A stretch of DNA of 64,000 nt, from assembly GCF_001194135.2 (NCBI RefSeq), contig NC_068981.1:106661628-106725627 (forward strand), given 5' to 3'. This document shows positions 27,042 through 40,601 of this stretch, one piece after another. The translations under genes and the position numbers were made by a program. Positions within the stretch are counted from its first letter, which is position 1. Each line of letters begins with the position of its first letter. The notes under the pieces are model-generated. The model saw nothing but the letters and a program-made list of their open reading frames with translations, ran no database searches and was not told where the DNA came from. The stretch is from Octopus bimaculoides (lineage: Eukaryota).

Positions 27042-30000
27042 CATACACATATTTGAAGTTAGTTGGTAATGAAAGATATTTGATTATTACTTTCCTTTGG
27101 CATATGATATCTTAACAGTCTTAACCTAAGCTCTATATCATTTAGGATTACAGTTTGTTGGCCAAAACTCCTCAAGTACTTAGTGAGTAAAAACCTTTCA
27201 AGAAGGCCAATGTTTGAGATTTATGTAATAGCCTTTTCCAGATTTATTATGGATCTTTTACCCTCTCTTTGATTTTATTGGTTCAACTTATCACATTTTA
27301 CAAAAGCCATCCATATACACTTTCAAATGCACACAATGCAAACTGTATACATTCACAAAACACATGCATACACAGTCTTTTCAATCTTTTATAAAGATGA
27401 CAGAGTAGACATTCTTATATTATGATTTCTGACATTAAAGCTTACCATAGTTTATATTTATGAAAAATTGATGACAAAATTGCCTAACAAATTTCACAGT
27501 TGTTTGAAATAGCTGTGTTGTTAGAGTACTGGTATATTGGCTACAGATAAACATTTTCTATTTTAACAACCCTCTATTTTTATTTCTCTAGAACAATTCA
27601 TCATTAATGATAGTAACAGTGCTTTTGATATTAGAAAGCTTTTGCAATATTAATAAAGTAAATACCAAACTATAAAGGTAAGGTTCAACCCAGCAAGCCT
27701 TGATCAAGTCTTTGATCAAGTTTCAATTACCAGCCATTTCACTTAACATAAATATTTAATATTAAAGAAGAAAGTATGAATAAAACACATGATATTTCCT
27801 CTCTTATTCTGTGTATCGTTATCATGAAAAATATGAGAGCTGTCCATTTCAGTTTATATGTTAGTGATGATGTGATTAATGTATTTGTCAAGTTAAGATG
27901 TTACGAATTCTTCATAGTCTTAAATCAACTTCTCATTACAGTAGTTATGCTTATTCACATTCTCCTTCACATTATTAGTGAATCTATACTTCTGTCATAG
28001 CATTTTGTTTGTTTAATGTTTTAATTTTGCTGTCATTTATAGTTGTATATGTAATGCTCTTGAGAATAGCATAAAAATGATATTGCATCACATCACTGTT
28101 TTCTTGTTACCTATAAATATTTGGATTACTGCCTATCAAATTTGTAACATCATAAAAAGTTTGTGATCACGGAAGTGTTTATGTAGATAGCTTGAAACCA
28201 TACACGTTTCCTTACTTACTCAATGTGTATTTGTGTGTGTGAAAATAGTTCATTCAAAACCAAGTAGAAATTATTTGTTCATTTGTTTGAAGCTAAAAAT
28301 TCACTCTGTCATAGCATTATTTTCTATGATAGGCTTGATTAACATCATGTCAGACACTCTTACTAGTGACAAAGTGAAACTTTTAGTCTTGAGCAAATGG
28401 ATTATGCACAATACACTCAGCAGCAGTAACAGTGATAGTAATATCTTGCTGCATCTTCATTATAGATAAAAATGACAAGCTTCAAAATTTGTAAGTCTTC
28501 AATTTCTGATTGCTGAATTAATTAAAAAAAAAAAACAACCCTCTACTATTATGACTATAATTAAAATAGAGATTTGAGAAAATATTCAGACATGTATCTC
28601 TTAGTCCATCCCAGTTTGCATGATAATTAAAATGAAATTCAGGATTCACAGCCTTATTTTTCTCTTTCTTTTCTATTTTAATTTTTTTTTTACTCCCCAC
28701 TTCTTTTAAAATATCTTTTAACATCACATGCTTCCAGATTGTTTTTTCTCATAGTATTTTTCTCCAGTTTATTTATGTACTTATTTTTCATTGCATGTCT
28801 ATTTTTAATATGTGGTAACTTCCATTTTCTGTTTTGTCAAACAAATTTTAAGTGTTTTTTCATAAAAATAAAATTTGACTAAATTAATTCTCAAATTCCT
28901 TATGTTCCAGATGATTTTACTTCCTACTTGTATCATTTTGGGTTGATAAAATATGCCTATTAAATAACAGAAGTTATTGATACAATTGACTGAACTCCTC
29001 TAGTATAAATTTTTGGATTTCAGCAATGTCAGAAACAATTATTATGGTACTGGATTTACATTCTTTATTCAAATCCTGGCCTAGTCAGCTTTGCTTTACC
29101 AGTCTTATGGATCTAAAAAAATTTTTTTAAATCCAAGTCCAGTATATTGAAATTTGATTTGACTATCTTTCATCCATAAATTTGTGACTTTGTACCAGTT
29201 TTTATCAGAGCAATGAATGACAGACTAGCATGCTGGACAAAAACCCATTCTGTATTTAGTTGTATCTCTTGTGTTCTTAGTTCAGACTTCACTGTTTATC
29301 TTAGCAGCGTCAATAAAATATTAGTGAAATACTAATTATTCTTTTGCAGAAGAGGCATGTTGCTAAGAACATGTAGATTGAATGTTACTCACTAGTTGAA
29401 AGAAGTGTCAGGTATTCTGCTACATGGTGGTAGCTCAAGAAGAGTTTGAATATAGCTTGAATGCTCTTAGATATAATAGCAATGAGATGCTACATTAATT
29501 TTTGTTAGGATCTGTATACCCAAACCACAGTAGTTTCTCAGATCCCTGAGAGACTATTCTGGTTTGAGCACAACTATTGCAAAACTTGTAAATAGAATGA
29601 GTTTTTTGCAGAGTAGTTTACAAATGTTTTTACATTTAATTCAAAGAAGGGAAAGTCAAACAGTGTTTAGCTGTCTGAAGTTCTAGAACCAATGCTATCA
29701 ACTCTGAAATGTAGGAGTGTTCCACATATTGTCAACTTCAGGAAGAAGTATTAATATTTAAAAGATTACAAAAAAAAAAAAAAAAAATGCAAATAATAAA
29801 TGCCTGTGCCAGTATTAAACCATACAAAAACATTGACAATTTTTTTTGTTTATCTAAAATTTTTCAATATTTAATCTTCAAAGTGTATTTGGTTTGAAGC
29901 ACTCTTTAAATATGTTTGTTTACTGTTTAATTATTGCTCAATCATTAGCTATTTCCTTTTGCTTTTTTGTTTTCATTTTCTTTCTTTTTTTTTTTTTGCA

Positions 30001-30643
30001 AACTATCTTTGAGTGTAATTAACTGTTCAAATGATCTTCAAAATAAGTGCATCTACTAAAGAAGAGTGCATGTTTAATGTTTTGCATAAATAAGATTTTA
30101 AATGTAAAATAATATTTGAATATTAGACCAATACTCTTTAGTAAGTTGATCTTTCAGGTAAAAATAGATTCAGTCAAGATGTTTGTTTTGTATTAAAAAT
30201 ATAAATACTACACTTCTCAATCTGCTTCAAATTTTATTAATGATTGGAATTTTTATAGTGATTATAATCAATAATCCAGTAAGGTGTGGGTTGGTTTACT
30301 CAGGACACCTGTATGAAGACTAAGTTGTTAGCTGTGTCGTAATGGTATATTAAGTATTATGGAATGTTTTTGTTTTCTCTTGATATCAGTTTGGGTTTGA
30401 TGTATCACTAAAATTTTGCAAGCTTGAGAGAGACTTAAAGGTATTATTTCTAATTAGGGAACCTTTTGGCTTAGTTGTGAAAACGAACAATATGAATTAA
30501 GCAAACGTTGTTAAAAGCTGCTACTTGTTTTAGTAATAATTCAGAAATATATGAGGACAAATGCTAATATTAAGGATGCTTAGATAAGGTTGTACAAAAT
30601 CTAGTTTGAGGGAAGAAAAACAAAGAGTAACAACCCTTTAGCA

Positions 30644-30858
30644 TTGTGATTCTCAACTAGGATCCATATCAGATTTTGTTGGTAAAATTTATTTAATAAA
30701 TTGGTTATACTTCTACAATACATACAATTTTTTAACAATCTTTTTATACAATTCTATATATTATAAGATTTTTTTAAACATTGAATGACTAGGAAGGTCT
30801 AGTAGTGTAAAATAGGAACCAAAGTGGTCCACAGGTAAAAAATGGTTGAGAAACACTG
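30644..30858. mobile_element. hAT-type MITE nested in a TTAA MITE
   Basis: Degenerate TIRs. 8-bp TSD CTTTAGCA (30636-43) / CTTTAACA (30859-66). The host MITE continues to ~31010. Confidence 0.7.
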
Positions 30859-31906
30859 CTTTAACATTTAAACCAGCCATGTCCAGCCTAATTAGTCTAC
30901 CTGCTTTATGTTCAAACCAGCCAGATTTAGTTTCTCATACCTACTCTACAATGTCATTCGAAAAATAAACACTCACATCAACAAAATCTTAAACCTGTAG
31001 TGCATGAGAGAGTTTGTGAGTTAAATACTAATCCAAAAGTGAGTATAGATGTAGAACTGTAACACATGTGAGGATCACCGAATAAACTGACTAAAGCATA
31101 GTATAGATAGACACACAAAAGATCAATTTAATGGTCTGATAAATTTATACTCCCTGGTGATAATTTAGTTCAGAAATACAAACATATGTGAGCTATTTTT
31201 ATGTCTTAGATGCTGGTTTTTTATAAGTTAATTGTAATTTTTCATTTTTCTATGTTAAAAATTATTGATTCGTTAGAGACTGGATATTTTCTTGTGAATG
31301 ATTTTCTAAGATGTTTCTGAGAATTTCTCTCAGCTGAAGCATTATTAAAATTCAGTTGTTCTTGTTTCTAGTAATATAAACATTATATCAATGGGATTTT
31401 CAACACTTCAATCTGTAAATATTTTGCTTAAACTAATGAATACATTTTGGAATTACTTTCTTTTTTTATAAGTTTCACAAATTTAAGTTATTGAGGTATG
31501 AAATTTATTCTTTGTGCTTTCTGCTTGGTTAATCTAAGGATTGAAAATTATGTTTTGTAAAACATACTTCATTTTTTTTTTCAAATTTTATCGATGTAAG
31601 CATTCTAATATTTGAACACAAAACTTAGAAACATTTAAATAAAATTTTGATATTATATTATCTAAATAAACATCATAAATTCACACATGTGCACCCACAA
31701 ACATATTCCTACATACAACTGTATATAAACACTTAAGAATTTGCAAAGACATTCAATACAATCAGAATATTAGAAGTAATTTTTGCAAATTAAAATTTAT
31801 CTAAAAAAAAAAAAAAAAGAAACTTCAAAAATGTTAACACAGATCTGATGGAAGATGTGAAGATAATTTTTGTATGCAAGCACTTTTGCTGTCTTCAACT
31901 TTTCAG

Positions 31907-31953
31907 AAGCTTCTCTGCAGGAAGATGAAAGAGTTCCAAAGCATTTACTTTAA
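31907..31953 (+). CDS. Candidate coding exon (KLLCRKMKEFQSIYF-K), phase 0 to 2
   Basis: Acceptor gtcttcaacttttcag, donor gtatgt, phase-compatible with neighbours. Confidence 0.4.
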
Positions 31954-32126
31954 GTATGTTTTGGGGAAAGACCTCCTTTGAAACTGAAGTTAAGATGCAA
32001 CTGCCTTAAGTCAGTGTATAAATTCATGATCCTAGATAACCAATCATAAACTATTTTACTTTTATGTATTGACTTATATTTCTCCTGCTTGTTCCACACT
32101 CCATATATTTAGTGTGTGTGTGTATG

Positions 32127-32169
<43 letters not shown>

Positions 32170-32349
32170 CATTCAAAAGTGTGTTGTGTATGTGTGTATG
32201 CACACACACACACACACACACACGTGCTAAAATATACATTTAAAATGATAAAGTTCATGTAATAAACGTATGTTTTCACGGAACTGTATTTCTGGATGTT
32301 TATATATGCATTAAACACTTCTAAACTGACTTTCAGTTCTGTAAGTATC

Positions 32350-32785
32350 ATCATCATTATTATTTAGCTTCCACTTTTCCATGAGTGCATGGGTCAGATG
32401 GAATTTGTCAAGGCAGATTTTTCTATGGACAGATGCCCTCCCTGTCACCAATCCTCACCTGTTTCCGAGCAAGGCAGTATTTCCTCATGGCCAGACATGT
32501 TTTTCATGGAGGACTGGTAACAAAGAATTTGCTTGTATGACTATGATGCTCATTTACAACCATCATGTGATGTCTAGACGGGTGTACGTATGCACACACA
32601 CATATACAACACACATGCACAATGGTCTTCTTTCAGTTTCCATCTACCAATTCCACTCACAAGGCTTTGGTCTGTCTGAGGTTATAGTAGAAGATATTTG
32701 CTCAATGTGTCACACAGTAGGATTGAACCCAAGATGATGATTGGGAAGCAAGCATCTTAACTACATAGCCACACCTGCACCTACC
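32350..32785 (-). mobile_element. RTE-type 3' module plus SINE family A head, both minus strand
   Basis: (CAT)n start, GATGCCCTCCCTGTCACCAATCCTCACC, then CAGTTTCCATCTACCAATTCCACTCACAAGGC. Confidence 0.7.
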
Positions 32786-32867
32786 TAAAATATATTTCTA
32801 AAATGGAAAACCTTCTATACAGTTTATTATAGAAAAATGTACATATAATTTACGTATTATTTTGAAG

Positions 32868-32947
32868 ACAAATGAACTGGGAAGATGCTGAAAATATGTT
32901 TACTAATGGCTCAAATTATCAATACATAATACCAGTGACAATGCTTG
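32868..32947 (+). CDS. Candidate coding exon (QMNWEDAENMFTNGSNYQYIIPVTML), phase 2 to 1
   Basis: Donor TTG|gtaaga, acceptor ttttgaag (weak), open frame in phase with 31953. Confidence 0.4.
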
Positions 32948-33265
32948 GTAAGATAGAACTTTAATATTTGCATTAATATCCCTAGTATGTGAATCCAATG
33001 CTGTGGATATTATTAGATTACTGAGCTGAAGAAGAATGTTATTAAATGTCAATGCAATATTTGCAGCTATTCCATCTTTTAATTCATCTGCAAACATTTG
33101 GTCTTCCAGTGAATCTGTAATGAAAACAGTAAACTGAAACTTGATTCAAACTTCAGATGTAAGCTTTCACTAGTAAACTCCTTCTTTAAGTATCTTAACT
33201 CATTGAAATAACTGTGGCAGTGGTAATGGAATCTTCTTGCTTGGTTAGCCAACAAATGCATTCAG

Positions 33266-33402
33266 CTTCCAGGTGGATGGTGATACCTGCCCCTGGATTT
33301 CTTAGCACAAACATAATGGTTCTCAAAAGGATTATTAGACTTGCACAAGACTGGCAAACAACAGAGAATACCAGATATGACCATTTAGATTTAGTCTCAA
33401 TG
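33266..33402 (+). CDS. Candidate coding exon (SRWMVIPAPGFLSTNIMVLKRIIRLAQDWQTTENTRYDHLDLVSM), ends phase 0
   Basis: Donor ATG|gtaaaa. The acceptor is ambiguous (33221, 33266 or 33273). Lies within ORF 33214-33597. Confidence 0.45.
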
Positions 33403-33424
33403 GTAAAAGTGTATGGACTCGCTT

Positions 33425-33692
33425 CAGTCATGAATGACAATGGAATTGCACCTAGAAAGTTTCCTTTCGAGGCACAAGTCCACGCAAGGTTGTCTTATGG
33501 AAGACCAGCAGTTGCCCATGCATGCCAGCCTCCCCTTTCCATGCCACCACTGTTATCCAAGGGAAAAGCAAAGGCTGATGGAGCTTGGCACCAGTGATGT
33601 CGCAACTCATTTCTACAGCTGAATGAACTGGAACAATGGGAAATAAAGTGTCTTGCTCAGAACATAACACACAGCTCAGTCCAGGAATCAAA
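33425..33692 (-). mobile_element. tRNA-derived SINE family C, 5'-truncated
   Basis: Reverse complement of 7660-7925. Confidence 0.8.
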
Positions 33693-36600
33693 TGGTATCC
33701 AACTATAAATTAATGATAGTGTTGGTGGTGTTTATTTGAACATTTTTGGAATGTTTTCTTTTTTATTTGATTTGTTATTTTGATTGCAGAAATGTCTTAG
33801 AAATTGTATCAATTCTTGGGCATCAAAAATATCCTTCGAAATTACAGTTGATTTTCATTAGTGTATTTAAACTAATAGAATGAATCACTTCATTCTTGGA
33901 TGTCATATAAATTCATAAGTGACTTCACATACCAAAACAAACAAATAAATAAAATAGAATTGATATTCCTTTTCAAACAATAGACTTTAGTTAAATATTT
34001 GTGTAATCATTAATCAAGCTTATTACAACTATATTTGTTTCTCTTCCCCATCAATATATAAAAGCTTGTTTGATTGGCTAATAATTATGTAATGATGATT
34101 GGACAATAATTGCATTAAGACAGTTGGCCAATATCATTGATGGCAGGTATTCATCTTAGACTTTAAAGTAGGACCTAAAAAAAATTATCCAAGAAAGCTG
34201 AAATATAAAATTTGCTTCTATTCACAGCATCAATTTTGGTTCCTAGAACATAGATTGGATTGAAAATGTTAAAATATTTGAATGTTTAATTCAGTTTGAG
34301 AAAAAAAAAAAGCCTACTAAGTTTCAGATTTGAAAACAATTATCTCATAGTTATGGTTTCTTTAGACTCATTACCATTACTAATGCAAATTTCACAATAA
34401 CTGAATAAAATCAATAGTTAGCATAACATTTCTGAAAATGTGTAAAATGTAGCTTGCTAATGTCTGCATGCACACACATGCATGAGAGTGCATAAATAAT
34501 AAATGGATTTTATAATTGCAATTATATTTCATCATAGTCAAAATGATATTTAATCATTTGTGTGCAGTTTATTAGTAGTACCTTTAATTTAGCAACATTG
34601 TTTTTTTTCCTCTCAATTATAGTCATTTCATTATATGGCTTTTGTATTTATCATTGATAAGAAGAATTTGTTTTTCCTCTCTTAGATATCTTATAAATCA
34701 AAGATTTTTTAAAAACTTTTTTTTTTTATATCTCAAATGCAGATTGAATTATTATTAAAATTTCTATGAAAGGATAGAATTGCAGTGGGTTCCTTAAGGC
34801 TGACTTCTTAACAACTTAGCTCATTGTTACCATGCTTCATTTGCATTATATTAAACTGATCAGTGAAGCCAAATTGACTTCAATTTCTAAAGCCATTCTT
34901 GTATCAGTTGATCATTGAAGTTATGAGTGTTGTAGGTTTTGCCAATTATGACGGTTTTCCATGTCAGCATTTATCGAGCAGTTTAACACAACTTTCACTA
35001 CATCAGGCAATGATCTGCTAGAAATAACAGTCAAATATTTCTTAACTTACACTCTATCATATTAAAAAAAAAAAGACAGCTTGAATAATGTAGTTCTAGA
35101 TGTTCTTGATAAAAGATTGGGTCATGAGTGAAACACTTTTGAATACAGGTCTGTTTAATCTGTGCTAACCTGGTAGTGAATAACATTTGCTGCTGAATCA
35201 TCATTTCTGTGAGTTTTAATGTCTTCAGATCCTTTCTGACTACTTTTTCCAAATTTGTCCTGTTGATGCAAACTGAATCTGTTTATCCTTACAACATCAC
35301 TAGTGAAGTTCTCTCAATATTGGCTTGAACCACCATAAGTCATCATATTCTTTATGAATAGCAGTACTAGAGGGGTTCACTTTTCGGGTTTGGTTCTTTT
35401 ACACTCCAGTTTCAACTTCTGAAGCATGTACATAATTTGTGGGTTTGTGTATCGAAATCCTTCCATAAATATTGTTCTTTTAAACAAAATATGCTAAATT
35501 TTTTCTTTTTTTATTCTGTAAACCATGAATATAGAAGTAACACCTTTCTTTTCTTTTTAAGGTAGACTGAAATTTATAACTTAATATGCTTTGAGTCTAC
35601 TGAAAAAGAATAAAGTGTTACTACAAATTTCATAGTTAAGCCAACCTGACTCTCACCATGTCTATAGCAAAACAAATCTTAATGATTCATATAAATTGAT
35701 GAATCTTAAAAATTATCCAATTGCTTTTTTTCATTCTTCTGTCTTATCTGCTGTTCTATAATTGGGTTCTAAATGTTTTCATTTTATTGCTTTTACCAAT
35801 ATGTAATAGTATTCTGGCATTTAAAAACTGGAAGAAAATTACTACTCTGTAGAGCTACTTTTTCAAACAAGGACATTAAAAGTTCACAAAATACATAACT
35901 GCATAATGAAGGGTATGTAGAATCATAGTAAGAATACAAAACAGATCTGCTATATACATCATCAAATGAACAAATATAACAAAAAATCTTTCTCTCTCTC
36001 CCTCTGCATATTAATAAAAGAATAATTTTCATTTTTTGATATTTGTATGGGATGTTGTTGAACAAATATGACTTAAAATGAAAACTATTGTTAGAGAGAA
36101 TGTTGAAACAAAATCACTGGGATTGGTTGGCATTGACAGATAAGAATTTTGGTGGAGGCCTGTGTTAAGGAAAGGCCTTCCCAAAATGTCACTTACTGCA
36201 TGGCATACCAATGTGCATTGCTTGCATTTTCACTTGAAAAAAAGAAAAAGAAAAAAAAAAAACCCAGTTTATTTGAATTTTAATGATTGAGAACTCAGTA
36301 TATAATTTTATCATTTTGGTTACATGGGTATTATAGTGTTCATTCAATCAGTTATACTTCTCTCTCTTTCTGCATAGGAGAGAAACCTGTATATTTTGAA
36401 GTATTAAATAGAGGCTAGGGTTAGCAAAAACCATGTAGTATTTAACTTGGTTTGTACAGGTGGACACAAGGTGTAGATAACTAGAAAAAAAAAATATCTG
36501 CATAAGGAAGAGTGGCTATGAGTCATTGATTAATATTATTGTGATTTTTTTGACAAGTGTCGTAGGCACACCTGAACATGTTTCAGTCTTATTTGACCTT

Positions 36601-37159
36601 TTCAGTGAACCAGAAATTCTACTGTACTTACTGAAGTAGTGATGAGTGAATCACTAAATAAATAAATGTTCCAGAATGTACACTTGTTGCTGTGATAGAA
36701 CCTTTCTTTGAGTAAATTATTCTTAGATACCATCCACATGAATAATACTTGTTAAGTTGTGGTAACATTTAAAGCAGAGGACATTGTTAGAGCATTTAGT
36801 TTTGTCTTTTTCAGGTTTGTGTTCAAATCCCACAGGGGTAGTTTTTTTACTTTTTGCCTTCACCTGGACTCATTGAAATAAGTACCAGTTATATACCAGA
36901 TTATACTTTTCCTATATGAACTGTCTTAGGCCATCAGTCAGATAAATAAATATACTGATTTTTAGAGACTAGATATTTCTGTCTTTTGCTGGGTAAACTT
37001 CTCTTTTGTGTTTACTTTTTCTATCTTAATAAGAAAAGATAATTTCTGTAAAATATCAGCAATAGTTTTCATTAGTTAATTAAAGAAATGGAGGTGGTAT
37101 GTGTTAGTATTTAAAGACTCGAGCAGACTTGTGAGATCAGCACAGTTCTTTTTATTCTT

Positions 37160-37370
37160 TTAGTCATTTGCTTGTTTCAGTCATTTGACTGTGGCCATGC
37201 TGGAGCACTGCCTTGAGGGTTTTTTTTAGTCAAACAAATTGACCCCTGGGACTTATTTTTTAAGCATAGTACTTATTCTATCAGTCTCTTTTGCCAAACC
37301 AATAGTTAAGGGAATGTAAAAGTGATGGGGGACAAGCACAGACACAAAGACACATGTACATAGATATATA
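37160..37370 (-). mobile_element. SINE family A, 3' half
   Basis: TTTCAGTCATTTGACTGTGGCCATGCTGGAGCAC..., reverse of 52260-52445. Confidence 0.75.
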
Positions 37371-38889
37371 TAATATTTTTCACCTTGTTCTGGTCTAACG
37401 GCTCTCCATGTTTGTTTCTGTTCGGTTTCTTTGTATGTCTCCACTGTCCTGTTTTTGTTCCCAATTTTGACCCTCCATAAAATCCAAAATTTATTTTGGA
37501 AGTTATGGGAGCAGCTGTCTTTGAAGACTCATATTGTCTTTGAATGCTTGAAAAGAGGAGTAGATAGACAGCCGACAACTGATGAAATTTATTAATTGGA
37601 CATCAGTGCTCAAGTGGTACTTATTTTATCAACACTGAAAGGATGAACAGCAAAGTCAGTCCCAGTGGCATTTGAACCCAGAATGTGAAGATGGACAAAA
37701 TGCTGTTAAGTATTTTGCCTTGCATGCTGACAATTTTGCCTTGTTTGCTGTTTTCACAAGTTAAATATTAACATGATTTAAACAACTAATTTTTCAACAG
37801 TGATATATTAGATGGCAGGAAGGGGAAGGTTGAGTCAATATGGTACTATCTCTGGTTACTTAACTTTACATATCTCTGCTTAATTAAATGTTGGGAACTG
37901 ACGCCAGATCTCCCAGGAATGTTACCTGCAATAAACTCAGTTTAATTAATCATTCATTTTGTATAACATTTGTTTTTCCATGTTCACATGGCTTAGGCAA
38001 AAGGTAATTGAGGAAGAATTTTTACAGTCAGATGTTCTTGTTGCCTACCCTTATCTCCTTTTCATGTAAGGGATAATTTATTCCAGAGGAATTTGAAAAT
38101 GCAGAACTAGCTTGCAGGCAGTTTGTTGACATCACTAGTTGTAACCCTACCACAATGGTGATATGGTTGTAAACATCCACACAATCACACAGCTGCATAT
38201 GCACGTGTTCACACACATACACACATGTTGAATTCTTTCAGTTCCCTCTCCAAAATTCCATCATAGAGCATTATTTAGCTGGGGATTATCATAGACATTT
38301 ACTCAAGGTGCTATACCGTGGGACTGAACTTAAACTTGAACCTGAACTTCTTTACTGTTTCCAAACCTGTGCCTCGTCTTAGAATTGAATACCAACTTTA
38401 TTAAAATGAATAGTTTGTGACAGGAGACATTTCTTGTTAATTCCCATGTCAACTCCATCTGAGCAGACCTATAATCGAAAGAATTCCAACCATCCCCATC
38501 TCATTTTTACTGTAGATTTCATGCATCTTCATATCTATTCCATGCTGTAATTCTCATTGAATTGTCTTAGATAGTAGCATATCTGTTTTTCTGTGAGAAG
38601 AGGTTGCTAACCTTCTCTTAACTTTTCTTCATTTCTAAAGAAATGACTGCACTACATCTTGAACTACTTTATCTCATGTGTCCTTCCTTTTCTAAGAGAG
38701 CATTGTGTAATATGAGGGCAGTTTGGTTGCTATTTGTTGTGGCATTTATCATTTTCATAGGTGGCCACAATTATATTTGGTATAAATCTCACACTGAATT
38801 AGTGCAGCAAAGTTCATATTGTTAGTTTTGGAGCATTAGTATTGACAGCAAAGTTTTTATGGCTAACGATGGTTAATTGATTTTTGTAG

Positions 38890-38937
38890 GCTCTAATCAT
38901 GTCTGAAGAGTTTCTTAAATTGGCATCGCTTTTTAAG
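38890..38937 (+). CDS. Candidate coding exon (ALIMSEEFLKLASLFK), phase 0 to 0
   Basis: Acceptor gatttttgtag, donor AAG|gtatct, 48 nt, flanked by T-rich intron-like sequence. Confidence 0.55.
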
Positions 38938-39978
38938 GTATCTTTATTTGTTTTAATTAAAAATTAAATGATTAATATTATATTTGCTACCATCTAATAG
39001 CACTGTATTGATTAATTTGCTTAAATATTCTTTTTATGCAAATTTTTTTTCTCGTTTTTTTTTTTTTTTTTTTTTTTTTTTTGTCATTCAATTTTTATAA
39101 GGAATATTTTGTTTTGCATCCAGATTGCCCTTTTATTAGCATTCTGTGCTTTGAAGTTATAAACCAGCATGCATAGCAATTTTCTTTTTACTAAGTGATC
39201 AAACACAAGCCATTTGTACATTGTGAAGAGAGTTTTCCATAGTTTTCATTTGAAAAGCTATTAATAGAATGAAGGATTCTAATATTATTTATGCATGGTC
39301 AAGTTTATTGAATGCCTTTATGAGGCATTCAATAAACTTGGATGGTGAGTAGATACCAGTGTTGGATGTAATTCTTGCAGAACTCTCCCTCGAACTTTAG
39401 CCATTTTGGAGTCACGCATCTCCCTTGGAGTATGTTTGTACCAACTACAGATGAGTTAGTGAAGGAACCTCTGTGCTAGAAATAGCTGTCAAATTGCCTT
39501 CGGATTACTCACTGCACATTGGGAAAAGACAAAATGGTCATGACTAGAATGCTTTTGATCCGGGCTGACATGGCATTAAATAACAACAAAACTAGTTTTT
39601 GAAAATCTCTATCTCCAGGCTGATTTCACTTATACGTGATTCAGGCTCACAACTGCAAGCCTCCAAACTGCATACCAGTTTCCAATTATTATTATTGGCC
39701 AGCTGGCAGATTCATTAGCAAGCTGGATGGTGACATAATATTCAACTAAAAGAAAAAAGTACTGAAAATTAATTCATAGTTATAAGCTATTAAAATTACA
39801 GCACATTGCAAAGAAAACCTAGTTTGGATACAATAGTATTCAGTACAGGTTATTCCTCTCTTCCACCACAAACCACCATTTTCTAAAAGATTTTTCTCAA
39901 ATATCTCAATTTATTTTGTTTTAATGCTGCTACAAATGAGCAGACCTGTTCAGTACACTAAAATAACTAGTTGAATGT

Positions 39979-39985
<7 letters not shown>

Positions 39986-40065
<80 letters not shown>

Positions 40066-40074
40066 TAATAATAA
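39986..40074. repeat. (AAT)n microsatellite running into a gap
   Basis: Directly visible. Confidence 0.95.
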
Positions 40075-40601
40075 NNNNNNNNNNNNNNNNNNNNNNNNNN
40101 NNNNNNNNNNNNNNNNNNNNNNNNNNNNNNNNNNNNNNNNNNNNNNNNNNNNNNNNNNNNNNNNNNNNNNNNNNNNNNNNNNNNNNNNNNNNNNNNNNNN
40201 NNNNNNNNNNNNNNNNNNNNNNNNNNNNNNNNNNNNNNNNNNNNNNNNNNNNNNNNNNNNNNNNNNNNNNNNNNNNNNNNNNNNNNNNNNNNNNNNNNNN
40301 NNNNNNNNNNNNNNNNNNNNNNNNNNNNNNNNNNNNNNNNNNNNNNNNNNNNNNNNNNNNNNNNNNNNNNNNNNNNNNNNNNNNNNNNNNNNNNNNNNNN
40401 NNNNNNNNNNNNNNNNNNNNNNNNNNNNNNNNNNNNNNNNNNNNNNNNNNNNNNNNNNNNNNNNNNNNNNNNNNNNNNNNNNNNNNNNNNNNNNNNNNNN
40501 NNNNNNNNNNNNNNNNNNNNNNNNNNNNNNNNNNNNNNNNNNNNNNNNNNNNNNNNNNNNNNNNNNNNNNNNNNNNNNNNNNNNNNNNNNNNNNNNNNNN
40601 N
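40075..40601. other. Assembly gap
   Basis: N run. Confidence 1.

Noticed and set aside
27592-27677. Strong acceptor and strong donor bracketing 86 nt
   Set aside because: All three frames contain stops, so at most a non-coding or poison exon.
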